Source of the DNA: Toensbergia leucococca
Taxonomy: Eukaryota
Reading direction: 5' to 3'
Length of the DNA stretch: 41,120 nt
Assembly (NCBI GenBank): GCA_022813965.1
Contig: JALDZS010000202.1
Span: 1 to 41,120, forward strand
Part shown: piece by piece, positions 1 to 9,440 of the stretch
Layout: each line of letters starts with the position of its first letter
Numbering within the stretch: position 1 is the first letter of the stretch
Position numbers and translations under genes: made by a program
The notes under the pieces: generated by a model
Databases searched by the model: none
What the model saw: only the letters and a program-made list of their open reading frames with translations
What the model was told of the DNA's origin: nothing

Positions 1-862
1 ACCCCGTTGCATCAGTTCACGCTCTATGTTGTTATCACATTCAACAAACCTAGAACCTCCTGCTGTTAGCTCACTCATTCACGGAGGCTTCAAGGTAATG
101 GCTAGCAAAGAGTCACATCAGTATTTGATTAGTGATCCCTGAATCTAGAGATATTGAATTGGAAAAAGAACACTCGCAGCATTTACAGCGAACATTTCAT
201 ATCGTTTGACTCTTAAAAGAAGCTGTTCATCACCTCATTAGAAAAGGATGTGGATAACCAGGCTAGCCCTAATGTCCCAGTACTCAAGCAAGCACCACAA
301 TCGGCGCTGTTAGTAGGCCTTGGCAATAGAGAGTCCTCGAGTTTCTTTGAAGATCATAACCAAAGTCTCCTTGCCAAGTCTCACCTGTACTACCGCAGGG
401 GTTGGTTCGGGTTCTCGTGGGTCAGTAAAGCCAACGACCACTGTTGTTCAAGTGTCTAGCACATATGCTACTAAGGATTCAACAAGCGTACATACCTGGT
501 ACCCTGTTCTGATCGAGGTATTCGCACGGGTTCACACCTGAAACTGGCAAACAACAAGTCTTCGTTTTGGTTTTCGTGATTTGCAGTTGTACAATCACAG
601 CTACTGCGCTGTCTTGGTTGTTTTCCTGGGACCCACCACGAGTGATTGAATGAAAAGGAAAGCGTCTGAAGTGGATGTATGCTACACGAATTCCTGTTAT
701 TGTGAGAGTAGGGGTTGCTAGAAAGACCACGGAATAGCCAAGGCGTTGTCAAGACGATGTATTTCATCGCGATACCAATTCTCAAATTGATCCCAAATCT
801 TGTAGATACCTCTTCCTTCGTCTCCACATCATACCGAGACTTTTTACTTCCATTTCTTTCTC

Positions 863-917
863 TGCTCGCTTCCGGTTCACTTCCAGTCCACTTCCAGTTC
901 ACTTCCAATTCACTTCC
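863..917. repeat. 11-bp minisatellite, about 5 units (GGAAGTGAACT consensus read on the minus strand)
   Basis: Plus strand reads tgctcgcttcc ggttcacttcc agtccacttcc agttcacttcc aattcacttcc. Confidence 0.85.
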
Positions 918-968
918 TGAAGATCGAATAATATCCGTAAAATTCCTCTACCCCTATCCGCTTCCAAC

Positions 969-2103
969 TTACCAGCTCACCAAGCCCTTTCCTCTATCGA
1001 AACCCCCCCTCAAATGCCTCTCTGGTTTTACCACCTTACCTTGCAGAACCGTAAATTTCACGATACCCTCACAATCCTCTGGTCTGACCCTTGCAAGCCA
1101 AATACATTGGCCTCCTTCCCCACTAGCATCTCGGCGATACACCATCACATTGGCAGCAAATTTATGACCTCCAACGTGGCTAATGAAGTATATGCCCACG
1201 CCGTTGGGACGCGAGTCGTTGAGGTCGCGGTAGAGGCTTAGAGGGCGTAGGTGGCGCTCGAATTCGCGGCGTAAGAGCGGCGCGGATTGGCCGCAGCGGG
1301 CGTCGCGGGTGCGTTGGGAGCAGAGGAGGATTAGATAGGCGTGGGGACAGGGTCGGGAGTAAAAGATTGAGGGAGCGAGTGTTGGCATAAGTGGCTGTGG
1401 AGGGGTGGAGGGAGGGTCGTCTGGGTTGGTTGAGAGGACGGTGTGGCCGTTGGTGGTGGTAGAAACGTCTGCATCTGTGTCCTTTATGGTAATAGCTGGG
1501 GTGGGTGAGACTAAAGGCGTTGAGGTCGTGGAAGCAGGGTCGATATGGAGGCGGATGAGTTCGGGGACAGAGGCGGGGGTTACGTTCTCGATTATGGTGA
1601 AGGATGGGAGGAGGAGGACTGTTGTTGGCTGAGATGCGGGTGTTCCCTCATGGTGACCTGACGGCATAGGCATATTTGATGCTGAGAGCATAAGTCTCTA
1701 TGTTCCGTTGCTTAGCTGAAGCACAACTCCCGTCCAGTATGCCACTCACCCCGTTGCTAGGCTTGACACCACAGTCCTTCATTGCCTCCATCACAGTCCC
1801 TTTCTCATCCTCCACATCCCTCACCCAGTCCGTCTTCCCAGTCGCAACAAGCATATGTGTCCCCCACCCCTTCACCTGCCCATATAGCTTCTCATCCTCA
1901 TCAATCTCCCACTTGGCTGGAAGATGGATGGTGCAGCTCGCGCAATCTTGCAGGCAATCTTCCCCATCAATAGCCGGATCTACAGATGGAAAAAGCTTTC
2001 CTTCGGGGGCTGTGGTGAAGCCATTACCAAGCGAGTCTGAGGATGCGCCGGGTGTCAAGAGTTCTTTGCCTCGGCGGAGAAGGCTGGATACTTTCGATGC
2101 CAT
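969..2103 (-). CDS. APD1: Sucrase/ferredoxin-like 2Fe-2S protein (Apd1/Aim32 family), 2 exons
   Basis: ORFs 1648-2205 and 969-1691 join in frame through a GTGAGT..GCTAAG..TAG intron at 1749-1698. Motifs CSQRTRDARCG and SHVGGHKFAANV match the C-x8-C / HxGGH ligand pattern; VATGKTDW is also present. Start placed at MASKV (2103); an upstream ATG at 2124 is possible. Confidence 0.85.
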
Positions 2104-2970
2104 TTTTTTCTGGATGGGTTGGGGCATCTTCTGTGGGGCGGGCCGAAATGGAGGGGGCGGAAGTGATTCCGCCGTGCTTACGCAAGCGGCGCGAGTCGCG
2201 CCCACACTTTGACACTCGCCGCAATCAAATGTCTTGGCATTCTTCCCCGTTTGGAAAATGTGTGAGACAATTTCTTAGAGAGGAGAAGCGAAGACACAAC
2301 TCGCCTTTAACCTGTGCGTCCTAAGGCCTGCTCAGAAACGTTGAGCTTTCCATGTCTACGTAAGCCCCGGACGTACACAATTACGAACGCGAATGCCAAG
2401 GGAGCCTCATGCATGTCAATGCATGCAAGAGCTATGCCGGGTACGTTAGTGTTGGTCATTGAAATCCGGCGATTCGCAAGGTCGAAGAGAGCAGAACGAC
2501 GATGGAGTGGCTGCAGTAGCGGAGGAGCGGTCATACGCTGTAGACTACTGGGCGACGAATCATGGTTTTGCCGTGCGTTGTCTGCGTTGTTAGCGGCATA
2601 TCTTAGAATAGTGGCTCATATCAGATAATCCTTCCTTGGCATCATACGTAGAATTTTAAGGCATCTCTTGAGAATTGTTGAAGCTGAGGTTGATTTCACG
2701 CTCACGGTACTGAACTAGGGTCTGATCGAGGGATGGGCTACCCCTAGGTACAGTAATCTACCGGTTGCTGGCGATCCCAGTGTTGTCTACCTTATGATTA
2801 CTTTTATCCAGTCCTCGGCCCTTCCTCTTGTAAGTACTACACTCCATTGCTTGGACTAGAAGCTGTGATTTCTCCATGAGCGAGGCTGCCTGAAAGCACC
2901 CATAGTGCAGAACGTAGGAGCAAAGAAAGAAAATTACTCCGTGTTAGGAGGAAAATTTCCCAGTCGAGTC

Positions 2971-4101
2971 ATGATGGCTTCTGGGTCTAGACTCGTATTT
3001 CTTACTGGCGCACCTCTTTCATCCTCTTTGGAATGGGGGGATGATGCGCTATCAGTTCCATTGCTGCCCTTTTTCTCGAACGCCGAACCTCAGTGTCAAG
3101 CGCCCTTATCACCACGTTCCATGGCCCCAGATACAATTTGGCGGTCTTTACCTTTTGAACGACAACATCTACCCACTGGGTTCACTCCAGCCACTCATTG
3201 GCAAGAAGACAGTATTCGGTCTATAGAAGAGCTTAATGAGATATCATTTTCGACATCAAGAGACTTTTTCTTCAACTCCGCCATTTCTGATGAAGAGGCT
3301 GATCAGGCATCATCATACTTGACGGAAACCAATGAGGAGGTCCTAACCCAATTCTACGAGCGATCATTTGCCGTACATGACGAGATACCTTCCTCACAGA
3401 TAGTTACTCCCACACCAGCCGCTGATACTACGTTCACCACAAACTCTTCAGACTTTTCTACCTCGTTCAGCCCTGATGCCTCGAGGAAGTCGTCAGACCG
3501 GCCTTTATGCACAAGGCCCGTTTCCTGTCGTCTGAGTGATATCAATGAAATCCCAAACGCAGCATTCCTCCAATCCATTACGCCACAGACGATGACAGTC
3601 AACATGATTGTGGGTATCATCGCATTGCCTCAGCCAAGAACCATCATCACACGTAAAGGCGGTCGTACGCTTGAGCTGATAGAAATGCTTGTCGGTGACG
3701 AAACTAAAGCCGGCTTTGGCGTTAATATCTGGCTCTCCCCCTCGAATGAAAAACACTCCAAAACATTCCAAGAAAAGAACATACGATGTGATGCATCCCA
3801 CTTACGGCCCCAAGATATTGTCTTGATGAGGAATGTTGCGTTGAGCTCGTTTAGGGGCAAAGTCTACGGGCAGAGCTTAAGAAAGAATATGACGACGTTG
3901 GAACTTTTGTACCGTACTGTACTCGGTAGAAACGAAAGGAAAGGGATCTATGATTATCAAAAGCTGGGGAAAGGAAATGAACGTGATCTGCAAGTCTCCA
4001 AAGTAAATAGAGTAAGAGAATGGGTCTTGGACTTCGTTGGTGTGGGCACAAGAGTACCACGAAAAGCAGGATATCTAGAGGTATTGCCGCTAGATACATA
4101 A
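2971..4101 (+). CDS. OB-fold nucleic-acid-binding protein (resembles the shieldin SHLD2 OB fold), conserved in fungi
   Basis: Intronless ORF of about 376 aa. The C-terminal part TVNMIVGII..LIEMLVGDET..FGVNIW..LRPQDIVLMRNVALSSFRGKVYGQS has an OB-fold strand pattern. The SHLD2 link is recalled, not computed. Confidence 0.65.
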   Translation: MMASGSRLVFLTGAPLSSSLEWGDDALSVPLLPFFSNAEPQCQAPLSPRSMAPDTIWRSLPFERQHLPTGFTPATHWQEDSIRSIEELNEISFSTSRDFFFNSAISDEEADQASSYLTETNEEVLTQFYERSFAVHDEIPSSQIVTPTPAADTTFTTNSSDFSTSFSPDASRKSSDRPLCTRPVSCRLSDINEIPNAAFLQSITPQTMTVNMIVGIIALPQPRTIITRKGGRTLELIEMLVGDETKAGFGVNIWLSPSNEKHSKTFQEKNIRCDASHLRPQDIVLMRNVALSSFRGKVYGQSLRKNMTTLELLYRTVLGRNERKGIYDYQKLGKGNERDLQVSKVNRVREWVLDFVGVGTRVPRKAGYLEVLPLDT

Positions 4102-4215
4102 TAAGTCGCTATCAACTGCTGCCTCTCCTATCTACAGAATTTCCAAAGACCGAAAGACACCATTAAGATCAAAATTGAGTACATCTACCTTCCAACATAT
4201 TCTACCTTATCATCG

Positions 4216-4556
4216 TCATGAACTTTTATCCACCGATTGCGGATCCTTTACTTTATCTTGCGTATGATTTGGCGAAGTCTGCGGAGCCTTTACCGGCGCC
4301 AGCGCTAGCTCCATGTCTCTCTCATCATACATCCTCTCCAGCATGCCATCCCCGGCCCTCAATTGGTACCTCTTCCCGTCTAACACACTCTCAACAACAA
4401 ACGGCCCTTGCTTCGAATGTCCGCTAGCAACCATCACCCGGTCGCCCGTCTTGTATAGATGTACGATCTTTTGAGATCAGGGAAGATCCACGGAACATCG
4501 TGAAAACTTTCCTCGGCGCGTTTTGGGTTTTCTCCATGTTTTTCCAAAAGCCACAT
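4216..4556 (-). CDS. Small SH3/Tudor/KOW-like barrel protein, tandem copy 1 (2 exons; atypical donor)
   Basis: Exon 2 (4467-4216) reads IVHLYKTGDRVMVASGHSKQGPFVVESVLDGKRYQLRAGDGMLERMYDERDMEL and is clearly paralogous to copies 2 and 3. Candidate exon 1 (4556-4512) reads MWLLEKHGENPKRAE. The fold is inferred. Confidence 0.6.
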
Positions 4557-4722
4557 TATTGATTCCGGCGTCGTGGATTTAATTTCAGGTTGATTTTTTT
4601 CGTATTTCAATGTGGATCAAGAACGCATCGGCAGCCTCGAGTATAAGTATCTGTTAGGAGGCGTGGAAAGACGTCCATAGCCATGGTGGATAGGGAACGG
4701 GAATGAGTGGAAATTCATATGC

Positions 4723-4785
4723 GAAAGTGCGAACCGGAAGTGGACTGGGAGTGAACCAGAAGTGAATTGGAAGTGAACTGGAATT
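4723..4785. repeat. 11-bp minisatellite (GGAAGTGAACT), about 4-5 units
   Basis: Plus strand reads ggaagtggact gggagtgaacc agaagtgaatt ggaagtgaact ggaatt. Same unit as 863-917 in opposite orientation. Confidence 0.85.
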
Positions 4786-4808
4786 ATATCCGTCGTTAAA
4801 GGATTTTT

Positions 4809-5157
4809 TCAAGTCGCCTGCCCCGGTTCCTTCCTCTTCTCTTCTTCTGCTTCTTCTGATGGCGCCTGCGCCGTCTTCAACTTTTCCGTTTCTTTTCTCG
4901 AAGAACCCATTTGCAACTTTCTCTCGTCATATGGTCTTTCCAATATTGTTCCCCGCTTTTTCAGCTCATATCGTCCTTCATCTAACACCTTCTCTATAAC
5001 GTACGGCCCTTCATCTTCATGCCCGCCCTGTACTATTATGAGATCGCCCGTCTTATACAAAGCTATACACTACTTTAGTCAGAAAAAACCTTTGAAAATA
5101 ACATGGCGGGTGTGTTACCTCTGTGGGGTTTCGACTATTTCCGGAATATTTAGACAT
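4809..5157 (-). CDS. Small SH3/Tudor/KOW-like barrel protein, tandem copy 2 (2 exons)
   Basis: Exon 1 (5157-5119) MSKYSGNSRNPTE; intron GTAACA..CTGAC..TAG at 5118-5070; exon 2 CIALYKTGDLIIVQGGHEDEGPYVIEKVLDEGRYELKKRGTILERPYDERKLQM followed by a charged tail. Confidence 0.7.
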
Positions 5158-5690
5158 CAATATTCTTGTGTTTCTTGATGAATCGTTCGTGTTAGGTCTT
5201 GAAATATGTTGGTAAACATGTTGTTTTCGTTCTTTGGCTTTGTGGACTTTGTCTTTTGGATGTGGATCAAGAAATCGTTGACTTACCTGGGTTTGCATTT
5301 TCGGGGTGCATACGAAACGTTCACAGCTACTATGGTGAAGGAGTGGGAACGTTCACCAAACATGGTTCACAGCCATTGGGTGACTGGAAAAGGTCACATC
5401 TTCAGCATTCACATTATGGCCGGGGGGCTGCAAGATATTCAATAGGGAGGACTTCACATTGACGAAGAAGCGTCTCTTCAATGAATGAACTTTGATGAAC
5501 GCCAATGGGAGAGAACAAGTTTAGAAAATTCTGGAATGAGTTGTTTGAGGCTTCGGATATATGGACACCCCTTTCCGGTACAGCGACACCCCACCCGAGC
5601 GCAATAGCAAGTAGGGAAGTCGAATCTCGACTCGACTGCAATTCATCAAAAAGGCCCGAGACACGTTCTTCTTCGCCCCCAGGAGTCTTT

Positions 5691-6188
5691 TCATATATGA
5701 CCATCATCAAAATCAACAAGGGTCTCCTCCGAAGGCCCCCACCCCAATTCCTTCTTCTTCTTCTCCTCTTCTTCTTTTTGCGGAGGCGCCTGCCTCGGCT
5801 GCGACCGATAAGTCAACTGCAAGTCTCGCTCCTCATATATCTTCTTTGTGCCCCCATCTCTCAACTCGTACTTTCCGCCACCCAGTACTTTCTCCACAAC
5901 AAAAGGCCCTTTATCTGCATGTCCTCCGAGTACTAGGACGCGGTCGCCCTCCTTGTACAGCTCTGGAGGCTACACACAAGTCAGAACAGAAATTCGTTGA
6001 TAGAAAACATGGAAGCAACACCTCACCTCTGGGCGGTTTTGGCCCAAGGTCCCCGAGTATATTCTCAGGACATCACCAGTGAAACCATGGACTACTTCCT
6101 CCCCGGCTATTTCCGAGGGTACGTACTCGACACGGTGAACTCGGGGTCTCTCGATCCGTGGGGGTCTCTGGTTCTGTGGGGATCTCAT
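5691..6188 (-). CDS. Small SH3/Tudor/KOW-like barrel protein, tandem copy 3 (2 exons)
   Basis: Exon 1 at 6188-6027; intron GTGAGG..CTGAC..TAG at 6026-5970; exon 2 PPELYKEGDRVLVLGGHADKGPFVVEKVLGGGKYELRDGGTKKIYEERDLQL followed by a charged tail. Confidence 0.75.
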
Positions 6189-6694
6189 GTTGTGGTATGT
6201 AAGATCGTTTCGTATTATGTTTTAAAGGGCGTTTGTGATTTGATTTTCGTAAGCTTGTTCGCTGATGTGCTTTTGTGTTTTGATATGGATCAAGAATTCG
6301 TTTGACTTTCCCACCTTTATATACAATTCCGGAGGCCACATGGAACGTTCGCAGCCATGGTGACTGGGGAGGGTGACTCGGTGATGACATTCACCGATAT
6401 CGTTCATAGCCATGACGATTGGAGGCTATGACTGAGCGGGGACATTCACAGGACTCTTCCTCTTCTTTGAGTCTCTTTTTGGCCGGGCGTGACAATTCAT
6501 TCAGGAAGAAATTCACACTGACGAGGCAGTGGCTCACCAATGAATGAATGACCCTTGCTGAACGCTGACGTGTAACATAGGAGAGGGACAAATCAAGAAG
6601 GGATTTTGATAGATTGTTTTTTTATTAGAGAACATGTAAGATTGACTGAAGTAATCGGCGTGAAAGGCGGGAGACCTACCCTGGCGGCTCCGAC

Positions 6695-7220
6695 ATGAAA
6701 GGGTGTTGATGAAGACTCAATTAAGCTGAGTTGACTCAAAACTATGATACTGTCCTTTGTATCACTGTAATTTAACCATACAACATGTATGAGTGAAATG
6801 TTCAGTAGCTGAAACAGTTTGAGTAGAAGTTTTCAGAATATGAATTCACTTGAATCTGAGGGATCTCAATCAGAGGAAGATGATCATTATAAAAGTCTTT
6901 TTATCACATTCTCTTCAGACAGTAAATAGATATTAAAGCTCAGTGATAAAAGTTAAATTATTATCAAGAGATAATCATATAAAGAATCTTAACTGAGAGA
7001 ACACTGGCTTTATTGAAAAAATAGTATTTTAACAGATAATTGTAATGAGAAGGTATTGAGAATCGGAGATGAGGCCTCACAGAACATAAGGATTTCACAG
7101 AGCCCTAAATGTAGGTAAGAGGGTGACTCATCAAAGGATAAAAAGTTCAAGGAGCCCTTATGCTCAGATCTGAAGATGAGCTCAGTCTCAGACTCAGAGA
7201 CAGATGTCTAGAATGTTGAT
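6695..7220. other. AT-rich, CpG-depleted relic (RIP/deamination-mutated repeat or pseudogene)
   Basis: Only one CpG counted by eye in about 525 bp. TGA/TCA are abundant, there is no ORF of 60 aa or more, and the flanks differ sharply. Confidence 0.6.
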
Positions 7221-7784
7221 CTACGTAAACTGATATATAGTGTTTTCAGAGTTCTGATTGCAAGATGATTGACCGAGTCATCGCTCTCTCAATTAGTGGG
7301 CTGCGTGGCATTCAGTTGACTGGTGAAAAGTGGGTAGAAAAAGTCAGAAGGAGTTTGGGTGGCCGTCGGGGTCAATACACTTCTTCTTTCAGGGTATCTA
7401 GATGACGCTCGTTAGCTAATATGATCGAAAATGAAAACAAACTTACGCCTGAATATGGACCAGGTAAGGCTGACTGAAGTAACCGGAGCGACGGAAACAG
7501 AACTGTAATGACCAGATGGAACAAGTCCTCTGGAACGGAGTACGAGTATCAAGTCAATGAAGCAGTAGAACTCTTAGGAATGTGGAGAGTACCGTATTAT
7601 CATGATCAATTCTCGTATCGAGGGTATTCGCAAGCGATACAAGTATCTACAAAGCGGTCTTTCAGTGCACAATTGTATTGATATGAGTCCGCATCCCCAT
7701 TTCCTGCCCCGGGTATATCCAATATTTGGCCTTGAACGCCTCGCTGAAACGCGTAGAAGATGACAAACCAAGAAATCAAGTAGG

Positions 7785-9014
7785 TCACTCCATCTCCGAA
7801 GCAGGCAAGATGGTGTAAGGCAAGTCCAACGGCGCTCTTGCCTCAGTCAACCTAATGACGCTACCGCCCGATCTCTGAGAAGCAGCGGAAACACTGGTCT
7901 TGATCTTTCGCAAAGATTTGGACGAGGTTGTGCGAATAGCTTGTAGATTGGTGCTGGCTGTGGAGCCCGAGGTTGTGGACATGTTTCTTTGGGATTGGTA
8001 ACCCGCGTGTATGGGAGCCACAATTTCGGTCTCGGATCGAGGCATCGACCAATAATCTTGGATATGACCGTCAATTTCTGGCCGAGGGGTACGTTCTACA
8101 GTCTCGGTAGAGGTGAGACTACCTCCATCCATATTGTCCAGATCAGATACACTGTCTTGCTCGGCGTGTAATTCTGCAACAGTAGCCAGATCTAGTGTTT
8201 TCATACCCCGTAAGATGTCCGCAAATATGTTCATTAGGCTTCGGAACTCTGGTTCGTTAAGTTCTTGACCAGAGAAGCGGGCTTTCTCGTAGAGCACGAG
8301 AAAATCGGTACCCAGAGAGGGAGGATGGATCATGTCGTTTGAGATCAAATGGTCCAAGTAATCGCGCAGGCCAAGAGTGGCGGGTCTTTGGAGGAGCTCC
8401 ACGGCCAGGGCGTCCGGAAGGAGGGCTTCAGGGTCTGACTGGGAGAGAGGGTCGGCTGGGGCGAGAGAAACGGCTTTGGCTTCAATAAGGTGCGAGAGCT
8501 CGACAATCACAGGCTCGTATTGGAGATTTGGCAGATCGGTGGAAGATGGGGAGGACCAGCCGGGGTGGGAGATGGTGCCCCAGGCTGGCTTTGGAGCATT
8601 ATCGGTTTCGGTTGGTGTTCGGTTCGGCCTCGCAAGCCGGCCATCTGGTCTTCCCTTGTCTTGTCTCAGGTCCTTTGGACGCGCTTCATGAGCAATCGAA
8701 GCACTTCTGGCTAGATTCGCACTTATCAATCGCTGAACGCCAGATGCCACATCGGCCTTGCCAATGGGTATCCAGTTCTTGGGAATTGCAGCTAGCACGG
8801 TCCTGTTGGTGTAGAGGCGGCTCGCGTAGATAAGGACGGCAATCAAGACTGTTATCAGATAGACTCCTGCAATGGCGAAGATGTCATATCGCTGACCTGT
8901 CTGAAAGCCTTGATAGATTACTTCGCCTGGGGTAATAATCAGAAGACCTACGAGGATGAGGGTGAGGACAGTAAATGTGGTACTGTAGAAGATACGAAAG
9001 AAAGGGATATGCAT
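7785..9014 (-). CDS. DLT1: Defect at low temperature protein 1 (two N-terminal TM helices)
   Basis: Intronless ORF: RIFYSTTFTVL..LLIITPG..YASRLYTNRTVLAAIPKNWIPI..WGTISHPGWSSP..YEKARFSG, typical of fungal Dlt1. Confidence 0.8.
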   Translation of the reverse strand: MHIPFFRIFYSTTFTVLTLILVGLLIITPGEVIYQGFQTGQRYDIFAIAGVYLITVLIAVLIYASRLYTNRTVLAAIPKNWIPIGKADVASGVQRLISANLARSASIAHEARPKDLRQDKGRPDGRLARPNRTPTETDNAPKPAWGTISHPGWSSPSSTDLPNLQYEPVIVELSHLIEAKAVSLAPADPLSQSDPEALLPDALAVELLQRPATLGLRDYLDHLISNDMIHPPSLGTDFLVLYEKARFSGQELNEPEFRSLMNIFADILRGMKTLDLATVAELHAEQDSVSDLDNMDGGSLTSTETVERTPRPEIDGHIQDYWSMPRSETEIVAPIHAGYQSQRNMSTTSGSTASTNLQAIRTTSSKSLRKIKTSVSAASQRSGGSVIRLTEARAPLDLPYTILPASEME

Positions 9015-9440
9015 AATTGAGTGGACATTGCAATACAAATGAGAAGTGTGAAGCTATTGAACGAAGAGGATGAATACTCTACTGGTGTTGTGTACTCGTA
9101 TAGATATAATCTGTGGATGGAGGATGGATCTGATATCCACAAGGCTGAGACAAATTAGCCCACATTATCACATAATCATATTGGGGAAATCACCAAATTC
9201 GGTATTCTATCCTATTCTATCATCAAGCAAGGATAAATCTCACCGGTCATGTACCTAAACTACATATTGCTTAGCGAAATATTCTGCATAATGAGGTGCA
9301 TGTCCATGTAAAGTCTCTTTCCTGAACCTCTCAAATTTGAGACATGTTGATTGCATCGTCCTTGAGTGCCGTTATTCCATGCCTTCGCCGCATTGAATTG
9401 CCCCTGTCCTGTTGCCTAGATTTTACTCATCGCTATCGTC

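Noticed and set aside
863..917. CRISPR-like or telomeric reading of the 11-bp arrays
   Set aside because: Units are contiguous with no spacers, the DNA is eukaryotic, and the unit is not TTAGGG-like.
715..2212. Long plus-strand ORFs (715-1167, 1700-2212) and similar antisense ORFs elsewhere
   Set aside because: Shadow frames of genuine genes on the opposite strand.
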